Part shown: positions 23,861-36,965 of the stretch, piece by piece
How the letters are laid out: every line of letters begins with the position of its first letter
Position numbering within the stretch: the first letter of the stretch is position 1
Source: Lama guanicoe
Lineage: Eukaryota
Reading direction: 5' to 3'
DNA: 64,000 nt
Assembly (NCBI GenBank): GCA_013239625.1
Contig: MU053482.1
Span: 595,168-659,167, forward strand
Translations under genes and position numbers: made by a program
Notes under the pieces: generated by a model
Database searches by the model: none
Seen by the model: only the letters and a program-made list of their open reading frames with translations
What the model was told of the DNA's origin: nothing

Positions 23861-26800
23861 AGAACTCTGCTGTGAAAAACAGCAAGAAGAGTGGAGCTAA
23901 TGTACTCATAGAAAGAGAAAACTCCAGATATACCACCACTAAGAAACAGAATACCTCACATGTAGTCAACTAGCAAAGATTTAAGGAGGTGTCTACTACT
24001 TCAGATGGAATAGCAACAATACAAAGCTACATGGATATGAAAATCAAGGAAACATGTCATCATTGAAAGATAATAATTCTCTACTAACCTACCACAAAGG
24101 CACCCGATTCAGCAACCTGTCTGATAAAGATTTCACAACAGCTGTTTTGAAGAAACTCAGTGATCTACAAGAATACTCAGAAAGACAGTTTAATGAAGTC
24201 AGGGAAGAATATTTGAACAAAATGAGATAATTATTAAAGAGCTAGAAATCATAAGAAAGGAGCATATAGCATATTGGGGGCTGAAGAATTTAATGAATGA
24301 AATGGAAAATGCAACAGACAGCAAGTACACCAGAGTAAAGGGAAGACACAATAAGTGAGTTAGAGGACAGGAATTTGAAACGAATATCAAAAAACATGAA
24401 AAAGAGTGAGTAATGCTTACATGATCTAAGAAATTCAGTAAAAAATTTAGAATATTCATAATTTCAGAAGAAGCAGGTGAGAATGGTGCATTACTTTTAT
24501 TTAAATCAGCTGAGAACATTCTACACCTGAGGAGAGAATTGGCTCTCCAAACTCACTAAGCTAATAGGGCTCCCTATTATCTCAATGCAAAGAAACATTC
24601 TCTGACACATTATTAAGAAACTGTCAAAAATCAGAATAGAGAATTGAAAAGCAGTCAGGAAAGAAGATTATAATGTGTAAGTTTCCCCCATTAGGCAATC
24701 AGTGAATTTCCCAGCAGAAACCCTACAGGTTAGGGAGAGTGAAATGACATATTCAAAGTGTTGAAAGAAAAATAAATTGACTTCCAAGGATATTTCATCT
24801 GGTAAAGTTATCCTTCACATATAAAAGACAAATAAAGCCTTTCCCAGACAAGCAAAAGCTGAGGGAGTTGATGACTACCAGACCTTAAAGGAGTTCTTCA
24901 AGCTGGAACTAACAGGCAGTAATTAGTGAAATGAAAATACTCAACTCCATTTAAGGTAATATTTAGAAGTATCTAATTCTGTACTAGGATGATGTGTTAA
25001 CCACTTAAGTATGGTATGTGTTAATGAAAAAGCATAAAAAATAACTATAGCTATTACAATAATAAATACACAATATAAAACATGTAAATTGTGACATTAA
25101 AAATAAGCAGTGGGGTGATGAAAGCATAGAGGTCTTGTATGTGAACAAAATTAAGTTGCTATCAACTTAGAATGTAGTATTAGATTTATGAGCTGTTTTT
25201 ATGGAAGTCTAAGGATAACCACAAAGCAGAAACCCAGAGTGAATTCCCAAAAGATAAAGAAAGTGGAAACAGCTTATCCCCACAGAAAACCATCAGTTTA
25301 TGAAGGTAGGCAAAAACAGAAGGAAAAAGAAAAAGTGGAAATACAAAAAACCACACAAAAGCAGTTGAATAAAATGTCATTAGTAAATCCTTACTGAACA
25401 GTACTTACTTTAAATAGAAATGGATTGAATTCAGCAAAAGGCACATAGTGCCTTGATAAATGAAAAAAACCTAGACCCAACTGTAAAATGCCTATAAGAG
25501 ATTCAATTTAGCTTCAAGTAAACAAATAGGCTCAAAGTGAAGGGATGGAAAAAGATTCCATGCAAGTGGAAACCAAGAGTGGGAGGGGTGGGTAGCAATG
25601 GTTATATCAGAATAAACAGAGTTTAAGGTATAATTGGCACTAGGAGAGAAAGAATGTCAATATATGATGATAAAGGGATCAATTCATCAAGAGATACAGC
25701 AATCATAAATACATACACATTCATCATCAGAGCACCTAAATATATTAAACAAATACTAACAGATCTGAAGGGAGAAATAGGCAACAATAGAATAACAATG
25801 GGACTTTGTACCCCACTTTCAGTAGTGAATATATCATCCAGATAGAAAATTAATAAGGAAATATTGGATTTGAAACATACATTAGACCAAATGGATCAAA
25901 CAGACATTTATAGAACATTTCATGCAACAGTAGCAGCATACACATTCCTCTCAAGTGTGTGCAAAATATTTTCCAGGATAGAAGCTATGATAGGACATAA
26001 CACAAATCTGAGCAAATGTACAAAGACTGAAATTACATTAAGTGTATTTTCCAACACCAATGGAATGAAACTAGAAATCAACACCGAGAGGAAATGTGGA
26101 AAATTTTACAAATATGTGGAAATTAAACAGTGCACCCCTGAACAACCAGCTGCTCAAGGGGCAATGAAATGGGATAGAATAAAAAATCTCAAAACAAATG
26201 AAAATGGAACCACAGCACACCATGAACCTTGGGATACTGCAAAAGCAGTTCTGAGAAGAATTTTTTTTTAACAATAAATACATATATTGGGACCCCCCCC
26301 CCAAAAAAACCTAACCTGCTTCTCGATGAACTAGAAAAAGAACAAATGAAGCCCAAAGTTAGCTGAAGGGAGGAAATAAGAAAGATAAGAGTTGTAACAG
26401 AGACTAGAAAAACAATAGAAAAAATCAATGAAACAAATAGTTTTTTTTTTGAAAAATACACAATGATGATAAAATTTTAGCCAGACTAAGAAAGAGAAGA
26501 TTTATATAAATAAAATTATTAATGAAAGACACTTAAATTCATACCACAGAAATACAAGGATTCATGAGAGACTACTATGAAATAATTATATGCTAAGAAA
26601 TTGGGTAACCTGGAAGAAATGGATATATACTTACAAACATACCCTACCAATACTGAATCATGAACCAATAGAAAATCTGGACAGACCACTGAGTAAGGAG
26701 ATTGACTTGGTAATCAGAAATGGCAACCACAGGACTAGATGGCTTCACTGGAAAATTGTATCAAACATTTAAAGAAGAATTAATACCAATCTTTTCCAAC

Positions 26801-28905
26801 TCTTCTGAAAAAACTGACGAGGAGAGAATATTCCCAAACTCATCTTATTACCCTGATACCAAGGCCAAATGAGGACACTGCAAGCAAACTGTAGACCAAT
26901 ATCCCTAATCATATAGATGCAAAAATTCTCAGCAAAATATTAGCAAATCGAATTCAAGATCACATTAAAAGGATTCTATACCAGGACCAAGTGGGATTTA
27001 TCCCTGGGATGCTAGCAAGTTTCAACATACACCAATCAATAAGTGTAATATATCACCTTAATAAAATGAAATGTAAAAATGACATGATCATTGCAACAGA
27101 TAAAGAAAAAGCATTTGATGAAATACAACATCTCTTCATCATAGAAATCCTGAATAAATTGGGCAGCAAAGGAACATAACTCAACATAATAAAGACCACG
27201 TATAACAACTCACAGGCTACCATTTTACTAAATGGTGAAAAATTGAAAGCTATTCCTCTAAGATCAGGGATAAGTGCTCACTCTCACCACTCTCATTTAG
27301 TATGCTATAGGAAGTCCTAGCTAGAGCAGTTAGGTAAGACAGAGAAATAAAAGGTGTCCAAATTAGAAAGGAAGAAGTAAAATGGTCATGATTACAGGTG
27401 ATGTGATCTTATAAATCCTAAAGCCTAATCAAAAATGTATTAGGACCAATGATTAATTTCAATAGGTTTGCAGGATATAAAGCAGCAGAGAGGAATTAGT
27501 TGTGTTAATATACACTAACAATGAAACGTGTGAAAAAGAAATAAAGAAACTATTGCATTCACAATAACATCAAAAACAAAAAAATACTTAGGAATAAATT
27601 TAACCAAGGAAGTGAAAGATCTATACAATGAAAATGACAAGATTTTGTTGAAAGAAATTGGAGAAGACGCAAACGAATGGAAAGACACCCATGTTCGTGG
27701 ATCGGAAGAATTAATATTGTTAAAATGTCCATATCACCCAAAGCCGTCTGTAGATTCAGTGCAATCCTTATCATAATTCCAATGGCATGCTTCACAGAAA
27801 TAGAAAAAAAAATCCTTAAATTTGTGTGAAGCTACAAAAGACCCCAAAATAGCCAGACCTATTGTGAGAAAGAAGAACGAAGCCAGCGACATCACAGTTC
27901 CTGATTTCAAACTATAGTATAAAGTTGTAGTAATTAAAATCTCGTGGTACTGGCATAAAAAAGACATAGACCAATGAAACAGAGTAGAGACCCCAGAAAT
28001 AAACCTTTGGATGTATAGTCAACTGATATTTGACAAGAGAGCCAAGAACACTCAATGGGGAAAGTTTAGTCCCTTCAAAAATGGTACTGGGAAACTGGAT
28101 GAGCATGTGCAGGAGAACGAAATTGGGCCTGTATTTTACAAAAATTAACTCGAGGTGCATTAAAGAGTTAACTATAAGACTGGATACAGTAAATATCCTA
28201 GGGATAAATGTAGGGAAAATCACATCCAAATTGGAAAGGAAGAGGTAAAATAGTCATGGTCACTGGTGTGAACTGATCAACATTACTAGTCACCGGGGAA
28301 ATGGAAATCAAACCAGAATGTGAAACCACTTAACACCTGTTGAAATGGCTTTCATCAAGATGACAAGAGATAGTGCTGGTGAGGCTGTGGAGAAAAGAGA
28401 ACCTTTGTGTACCATTGCTGGGAATGCATGTTGGTCAGCTGCTATGGAAAAGATGATGGAGTTTCCTCAAAAATTAAAAATAAGACTTCCATATTCCAGC
28501 AATTCCACTTCTGGGTATATATCAAAAAGAAGTGAAAACAGAATATTGAAGAGATATATGAACTCTTATGTTTATTGCAGCATTATTCACAATAGCAAAA
28601 ATATGGAAACAGCCTAAGCATCAGTCCATGGCTTAATGAGTAAAGGGGATGTGATACACCCCCCACACGATGGAATATTATTCAGTCATGAGAAAGAAGG
28701 AAATCCTGCTGTTTGTGTGTGACAACGTGGATGGACCTTGAGAGCATTATGTTAAGTGAAATAAGCCAGACAGAGAAAGACAAATACTGTGTGGATTCAC
28801 TTATATTTAGAATGTGAAAAAACCAAATTTGTAAAACCAGAGTAGAATGGTGGTTTCCAGGGGTTGGAAGTTGTGGGAATTAGGGAGATGTTGTTTAAGG
28901 GTACA
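23860..28905 (+). mobile_element. Large decayed LINE-1 (ORF1, inter-ORF, ORF2 EN/RT, 3'UTR)
   Basis: ORF fragments LDQMDQTDIYRTFH...MKLEIN (25864-26271) and [24 protein letters not shown]...EKAFDEIQH (26991-27179). Many stops and frameshifts. Confidence 0.92.
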
Positions 28906-29079
28906 AAGGCCCTCAGGTCCTTGCAGTTTGGGAGGAGGATCACAGATTTCATTGACTTTGGTAGCTTTTGTTAAGTAGAATATATGTTGGAATTTCTAGT
29001 ATAATCTCATATAGAAGAGTAAAGAATGTGTAACTGCCTAACTAACAGATGAAAAGTGAAATAATAAAAGCAGTTGATT

Positions 29080-32000
29080 ATACAACTTTTCAGAATATGT
29101 GCGATACAGTGCAATCAGTACTTAGAGGGAAATTTACATTGAATGCATATATAAGAACAGAATAGAGATTTGAAATCAGCAATTTAAGTTTCTACTTTAG
29201 GAAATGAGGAGAAAATTAAATCCTAATAAACAGGAGTGTGGGGAGGGCATAGATCAGTGGTAGAGTTCATGCTTAGCATGGACTAGTTCCTGGGTTCAAT
29301 CTGCAGTACCACCACTTTAAATGAATGAATGAATGAATAAATCTAGTTACCATCCCCTGCAATAAAATAAAATAAAATAAAATAAAATAAAATAAAATAA
29401 AATAAACAGGAGAAAAGAAATGATGAAAACTAAAGCAAATGAAAAATTGAAAAGAAGGAATCAATAGAGAAAAACAATAAAACTATAATTTGATTCTTTG
29501 AAAATGCCAACAAAACTGATAATTCAGACTATGAAAAAAAGAGATAAGACACAAATTTTAATATCAGAAATAAAATGGGCGGTAATGAATACTAATATTA
29601 TAGACTTTAAGAGGATGAGAAAAGGAGTACTATGACCGTTTGCTCACAAATTTGATAAAGTGTGCCAGTTCCTTGAAATACATAGGTACTACATAGATTA
29701 CATGAAAAGAAATGGATACTCCTTATTGGCTTTTATGTATTAAAAAAGTTGAATCAACATTTAACAACCACTGCAATAGAAAGCATCAGTTCTAATGGGA
29801 TTCACTGTTGAACTCTACCAAACATTGAAGGAAGAAATTGTACCAAATATCTATAATCTCTTTCAGAGGACAGAAGCAGAGGGAATACTTCCTAATTTAG
29901 TTTATGAGGTCACTATTACTGCACAATCAGTCAGGGACATTACAAGAAAGAAAACTACAAACCTATTATCTCAGATAAAAAAAAACAAATTAAATCTAAC
30001 AATGTATGAAAGAATTGTACACCACAACCAAATGAGTTATATCTCAGGTATGCAAAGCTGCTTCAACATTCAGAATCAGTAATGCAATATGTCACAGCAG
30101 ACTAAGAAGAAAAACACATGATCATATCAATATATGGAGAAAACATCATTTGATAAAATCCAACACATTATAAAAACTCTCAGAAAACTAGGAGTAGGGG
30201 GGAAATTCCTGAACTTGCTAAAGACATTTACAAAAAACCTACTGTTGACACCATACTTAATGTTAAAAACGTAGAAACTTTCCTTAAAAAAGGAACAGGT
30301 GAGGATATCCTCTATCATCACTCCTATTACACATCATGTTGGAAGATAAGAAAAGGAAATAAAAAATATACAGATTGGGAAGGAAGAAATAAAACTGTCT
30401 TTGTAGATGACAGCATGATTGTCTATATAAAAAACTCCAGACAATGAACAGATTGCCTCGAATTGGTAAGTGAATGTAGTAAGATTGCAGGATACAAGGG
30501 TTAAATTATTATTATTTTTTAAATATACGAGCAATAAACAATTGGAATTTGAGATTAGAAATCCAGTACCATTTACATTAGCACCCTCCCCCTCCAAAAG
30601 AAGGAATACTTAAGTATGAACCTAATAAAATATGTGCAAGATCTATATAAGGAAAACTACAAAACTCTGATGAAACAAATCAAAAGACTATCTACGTAAA
30701 TGGAGAGATATTTCATGTTTAATACTGAGACATAAGTTTTTCCCAAATTAATCTATAGAGACAATGCAGTCTTATTCAAAACACCAGCAAGTTACTGTGT
30801 GGATATCAACAACTTAATTCTAAAGTTTATAAGGAAAGCAAAAGACCAAGAATAGCCAACACAATATTGGAGGAGGAACACAGTCAGAGTAGTGACAACC
30901 CCAGACTTCAAGACTTACTATAAAGCTATAAAGTAATCAAGGGAGTGTGATACTGGCAAAAGGCTAGACAAACAGAACTGATGAACTGCAAAGAAGATCC
31001 AGAAATAGACCACACAAATATAGTCAACTGCTCTTGAGAAAGGAGTCAAGGCAATCCAATGGGGTAAAGGACAGTCTTTTTAACAAAGGGTGCTGGAATA
31101 ACTGGACATCTACATGCAAAAAATGAATCTAGACACAGACTTGACATTCCTCACAAAATTAACTCACAATAGATCCTAGACCTCAATATAAAGTACAAAC
31201 TATAAAACTCCTAGGAAATAACATAGGTGAAAATGCTGGTGACCTTTAGAGTGACTATGACTCTTTAGATACGACATCAAAAGGATAATGTCTGAAGGAA
31301 TAAGTTGGTGAGAGGACTTCATTAATTTTAAAAACTTCTGTTGTATGAAAGATACTGTTAAAAAAGGAAAAGATAAGCCAAAGACTGGGAGCAAGTCATT
31401 GCAAAATACATATCTAGTAAAAGGCTGGTATCCAAAATGTACAAAGAGCCCTTAAGACATAACAATAAGAAAGCAAGCAACACATTAAATAATGGTACAA
31501 CATTTTTGAGCAGATAGTTCACCAAAAACATGTACAAATGGCAAATAAACATATACAGAAATTCTCACTATCTTTTTAATTAAAAAATTGTAAATGAAAA
31601 CAAGATACCACTGCACACCAATTAGGATGGCTAAAATGCAAAACACTGACATCACCAAAGACCGATGAGGATGTGGAGCAGTAAGAACTCTCATGCATTG
31701 CTGGTGGGAATGCAAAATGTTAGAGCCACTTTGGAAGATGGGTTAGCAGTTTCTTATAAAAAAAAAAACATACTGTTATCATTTGATCCAGCAGCCGAGC
31801 TACCTGGTATTTACTCAAATGAGTGAAAACATATCCACACAAAACCTCCCCATGATGTCTATAGAAGCTTTATTCATATTTGCAAACTAGATGCAAACAA
31901 GAACTTCAGTAGGTGAATGGGTTAACAAACTGGTACATCCTTACAGTGGATTATTATTTAGCAAAAAAAGAATTGAGCTGTGAAGATCTGAAAAGACGTG

Positions 32001-32150
32001 GAGGAACCTTAAATTATACTGCCGTGTGAAAGAACCTAGTCTGATGGCGCTACATACTTTATGATTCCAACTACATGACATAGTGGAAGCCAAAACTATG
32101 GAGACTGTAAAAAGGTCAGTGGCTGTGAGGGGTTGGAGAGAAGTAGAACG
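29080..32150 (+). mobile_element. Older LINE-1 ORF2 3' half + 3'UTR
   Basis: GFTVELYQTLKEEIVP...EGILPNLVYEVTIT (29795-30082) is L1 ORF2-like, followed by an L1M-type 3' end. Confidence 0.85.
29237..29400 (+). mobile_element. tRNA-derived SINE (camelid Vic-1-like) with (TAAAA)n tail and 12-bp TSD
   Basis: Head ggggagggcatagatcagtggtagag...cctgggttcaatc with A/B boxes. Target-site duplication aataaacaggag at 29225-29236 and 29401-29412. Confidence 0.85.
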
Positions 32151-32151
32151 G

Positions 32152-32249
32152 TGCCAGTAGACTTGCTTGATGCAGGGTTGCCACTACAAAACTACAACTT
32201 ATAAAACACACAGTATCTGTGAAACACAATAAAATGTAATACACCTGTA
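32152..32249 (+). mobile_element. Tigger1-like (TcMar) 3' end fragment
   Basis: 'tagacttgcttgatgcagggttgccac...agtatctgtgaaacacaataaa...cctgta' resembles the Tigger1 terminus ending at a TA. Confidence 0.65.
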
Positions 32250-33090
32250 TACTATTAGAATGGTCAGAATCGAGATCACCGGCAAACCAGTTACCAGCAA
32301 GGGTGTGATACGAAAGGAACTCTTACTCGTTGCTTCTGGGAATGCAAATGGAACAACTACTTTGAAAGCCAGTTTGGTTTGTTCTTACAAAATAAAATAT
32401 TCTTTTTCCACATGATTTGCACTCATACTCCTTGGTATTTACCTGAATTATGCCTCACAAAAACAGGCACACAGATGTCTACAGCAGCTTTATTTGTAAT
32501 TTCAAAATCTTGGAAGCAACCAAGATATCTTTTAGGAAGTGAATGGATAAACCGGGGTACATCTAGACGGTGGAATATTGTTCAGTTCTAAAAATAAGAA
32601 AAATAATGAAATTAAATGAAAATAAATGAGAAAACATGGGAGAAAACTGAATGTGTATTACTAAGTATAAAAAGCCAGACTGAAAAGGATACATACTGCA
32701 TGATATCAATTGTATGACCTTCTGGAAAAGACAAAACTATGGTGCCAGCAGAAAAATGAGTGGTAACAAAGAAAGAATGAGTAGGAGGAGCTGAGAGGAT
32801 TTGTAGGGCAGTGAGCCTACTCTGCATATTAAAAGGTTTGTTGCACTTCATTTGACATTTTTCAAAACCTATAGAATGTGGAAGGCCAAGATCAGGTCCC
32901 AATATAAACAATATACTTTGGGTAATATTGATGTGTGAATGCAGGTTCATTAGTGTAACAAATGGGTCACCTTGGTGGGGGATGTTGATAATGTAGGAGA
33001 CCATGCTTGTATAGGGGCAGGAGCTATATGGGAAATCTCTGTAATTTTGGCTCAATTTTGTGTAAATCTAAAACTGCTCTAAAAATATCA
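32250..33090 (+). mobile_element. L1MC-like 3' end
   Basis: 'ggggatgttgataatgtaggag...atatgggaaatctctgta...aatctaaaactgctctaaaaat'. Confidence 0.75.
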
Positions 33091-33549
33091 GTTCATTACA
33101 AAATAGTTTACAGAATTACTTGGTTCAACTGACTACTTTAGGAAAGGTTTAGTATGTTTTGTAGTACCTGATAAAACTAGCCAACAAAAAAATCAGTAAT
33201 TACAATGAGCACTTGAACAATATGATTAACAACCCAACCTAATGCCTACATGTAGAACACTGTTCACAACATTGTTGCCATTGTGTCTCTAATGACTTCT
33301 AGGACACCTTCCTTCTGGCTGGGACAATGCAACTGGTCATCTGGGCAGGGAACAGCCCCATGTTTGGGGATTGTTTGTGAATAGCTGAGGAGAGGGTAGA
33401 AGAAAGTTGATTATCTGGGATGAGGATATGAAGATACACATTTGGACAGCCAGTCTAGGGATTAGCCCAAGACAGAGATGTAGTCTTCACCAGTCAGAAC
33501 TCCCCATGAGTGTGGGTCAAGACAGGATGTCCCAAATTGCATTCCTCAT

Positions 33550-35650
33550 CTGATTTACAAACTTCCTTCTTTTGTTTTCCCATCATAATCATCCTATTCT
33601 AATTTTTCACTGAGTGTCTCAGGCTCCAAATCGTCATCTTTGACTTCTGTTTCTCCTTAGATCCCTTTAATGAGATATCATAGTATCAAATTTTTCCATC
33701 CAATTCAAACCCATGCATATATCATGGAGTATGTGTCAGGTGTTCTGTTAGAAAATGGTGTTACAGACATGAAGAAGACATGGTCAGAGAGGTCCAGCAT
33801 CAGTGTAGGAAGAAGGAAAATCGTAAGTGTAATCTAGAAGGAGGGAGAGACAGAACTTTAATTGGAGGTCCTCTAATCCTCACTAGATGAACCTCACTTC
33901 TTCATTCTCTAGGGAATGTATAAGCTCCATTCCCCTTTTGTGGAGCCTTGCTCTCTCACTCATCCTTTCTTTCATACCTTGCATCTATCTTGCTCCCCTG
34001 GTTGTTTCACAACAGCCTCAAACATGGTCAGGTATTTCCATTCTAAATAAATGCAGGCTGGGATTTGTCTCCTCCTTAGGCTGCCAGTCTCTTCATTCCT
34101 TTCACTGTAATATTACAGTGAAACATTATCTCAATAAATACGACTATATGATGGCTAAATAAACTAATGAATGTTCACTATCCTATTTTTTTTGAGTTTG
34201 CACTGATGGTTTTCCACAGTTTGCACAGAGGGCTTTTCACAATCCTGTCCTTCAAGCTCTGGTTACCAAGTTAAGTAGCATTTTTTGGTCATCATCTTAC
34301 TGATCGTTAAACCATTGAAACTCTTTTCTTCGGCCTTGTGTTTATCTAAGCTAGTATGATACACTTAAGTATCATGGGGCAGAGTTAGCGAACATAAATC
34401 AAGGAAGCCCCAACATTTATTTCTCTGTGTTTACCAGTACTGTCTTTTTGAAAAGTAGTATTTTAGGTGCTGTGGATTGCTTGCTGAATTAGACAGAGAT
34501 ATCCTTGCTCACACAGTGTGGGGAGACAAATGATTCACACATAAATAAATACACAAAATAATTTGTGATTCATGCTATGAAGGAAGTGAAAAGTGGGATG
34601 TGATGGAGAGCAACCCAAGAGGAAATGTGGCCACTTTTGAGTCAGTGGTTAGGCAATACCTCTTTAAGAAGATGACATTGGTGTCATGAAATGTGGTTCT
34701 AGTGCTGATCATGGGAATTTTTTGAGGTATTCTTCATTCGTTTTTAACCTTTCTAGTTTCTGGTAGAGTTTTATTTGGTTTGGGGTGCCCACTTTCTATC
34801 TGATCCACTTCTTTCATTTGAACTTAGTATTGGTGTTTGATCTGCTTGGATTAAGTATTGTGGGCACAAATATGTCTCACTCTAGTTAAATCTCATTTTC
34901 AATTGTGGCCCCTGCCCAGATTCCCCTTTAGGACTGCATATATCCCCCAATTGTAATAGAGGGATAATGATATGGGCACACTTGTTTTCTGGGCACCTGA
35001 CACCTTATTTCATGGTTCTCCATGTATAACTTTGCATTTCTAGTTGGGCTTCGAGTATATATGAGGCATAGATTATCCTCTATATTAACCTAGATCAGTT
35101 TGGTCATGAATCTGTTACCTATTTCATATCTGCACTGCCATTGGGTCCTCACCTTTGCTCTGGTGAATTCAATTTTCTTTTCCTCCCTTGTAATTCCTTT
35201 TCCACAATGCATCCAGAATCATCCTTTTGACATTCAAATTTAAATCATTTATTGCCTTGTTTACAAAACTTTGAAAACTCCATATTGCCTTGTGATAAAA
35301 TTAAAACAAATTCCTCTGCCATTCAAGACCCTTATAATTTAATAAGAATCATACTCTACCATTCCTTTCACAACCACTCCTTTTCATTTTCCTAATACTT
35401 ACCTCCTTCTCTCCCTTAGAAACCACACTCTGCCATCTTCCTTCATTCTCATGGTATTCTTGACTCTAAATATTACCTTATATGAACCCTTCCCCCAACC
35501 TTTTCTGCCAGGGGCTCTATATTCCTTCTGCCCTAGTTCAAGTTCCTCCGTTTTTGTGAAGCCCTCCATTAATCTTTAACTTGAATTAGTAGCTCTCTTT
35601 TCTGTGCTGTTAATATTACTTTGTACTTACATAGGTTTTTCTACTGTTTC
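33550..35650. mobile_element. Scattered ancient L2 fragments
   Basis: Several diverged L2-like tracts at about 33600-34170, 34450-34690 and 35190-35640. Confidence 0.5.
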
Positions 35651-36571
35651 TTAAATTTTTTTTGCCTTATCAAATATCAAAACTTATTATGAAGTTATTT
35701 TAATTCAGACAGTGTCTTATAAGCACAGAGATAAAGACATTGATCAATTACAGTGCCAAAAAAGAGACCTATGTATTTATGGCATCTTGATAGCTGGCAG
35801 AGACAACTCTACAGCTAACTGGACAAAAAACAACCTTTCAAAAAAATGATGTTGACACAACTGATCATTCAAATGGAAAAAATGAAAGTAAATTGAATCC
35901 ATACTTTTTGTCATTGAACTGTTTCTTGATTATCTGATTAGATCATGTACTCCCCTTCTTCCCATACTTGTAGATATTAATGGATCAATGACCATGTCAA
36001 ATTCACATTTTGTCCTTTACAAGTCTTACAGTCTATCCTTGTGTCTGTTTTTAGCCTCTGCTCCTTTTGACTTTTTTCATTACTGTTTCTTTTTCAGTCT
36101 TTGTGTCAGTTCTCACATCCCTTTTTCTTCCATTGCTTTTTTTCTCCTCTACTTGTTTCTTCAAGCCAAGCTCCCATTTCCAAGCTTTTCCACAGATATG
36201 TGGATATTGAATTCCTTCCCTGAGTCTCTTAGAGTTTTAGCTCAGCTTTTAATTTAGACTTTGGCTTCCTGTGTGGTGGCAGGCCTGATTTTAAGATAAA
36301 ATCAGGAAGTTATAAAACAAACCCTGAACCAAACTGGTTTTACTGTGTTTTTAACATGTTATTATCTTGTTAAGGCTTAAGGATCTTGAATTATATGTTA
36401 AATCATAACTCTCAAGTTTAAAAATCATCATAAGAAGAGGGATTACTGATTATGAAATGGGTTGTCCTGTGTGTGTATGTGTGTGTGTGCCCCTGGGTGT
36501 GGCATCACACATATAAAGCCCTATTCATCACCCAACTGTCAGGGTGAGCCCTTCCTCTTCAACCCACTACT

Positions 36572-36621
36572 ATGCAAATTCTTTCAGTTTCATTTCTCTG
36601 TCTTGCTCTCATTTCCCAGAA
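36572..36621. promoter_or_regulatory. Clustered octamer + ISRE + GAS element (candidate interferon-responsive enhancer or promoter)
   Basis: ATGCAAAT at 36572-36579. CTTTCAGTTTCATTTC at 36581-36596 (reverse complement GAAATGAAACTGAAAG). TTCCCAGAA at 36613-36621. All in non-repeat sequence upstream of an IFN-inducible gene family member. Confidence 0.6.
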
Positions 36622-36893
36622 ACAGTAGTCTTTTTGTTTTTGTTTTTAAATCAGAAGTGCCTTGGCAAGGATAGAAAGCTTTTCCACATAAGGAAATGTT
36701 GCAGGGTATTATAGATCCTGACTTGACTTCATTCTTGCAACAGAATTTTAATTTGGGGAAGCTTGCATTGGGGAATGAAAGGAATGATCAGGACAGAAGG
36801 GCCTAAATTAAATCCATGCTTTTTTTTTCTTTTTACTTTGGCGTGAAACTACATACCACAGCGGTAGTCAGGAACGCTGATCCTGTAGGTTAC

Positions 36894-36965
36894 CTTTCAG
36901 AAGTAGCTTTCTGTCTCCTGGTGTTCCTGCTGTGAGATAATGGGAAATATTAGCCTTGGAAATTG
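36894..36965 (-). other. Candidate non-coding 5' UTR exon of GVIN1
   Basis: Minus-strand acceptor tctttcttcatgttgcAG| (AG at 36966-36967) and donor AAG|GTAACC (GT at 36892-36893). An alternative acceptor lies at 37005-37006 and an alternative donor TG|GTATGT at about 36856. Confidence 0.3.

Noticed and set aside
23860..28905. Active full-length L1
   Set aside because: Both ORFs are broken into short fragments, with internal deletions and a rearranged piece near 28230.
29240..29312. tRNA gene
   Set aside because: The degenerate tRNA-like head is followed by a SINE body, an A-rich tail and a TSD, so it is a SINE.
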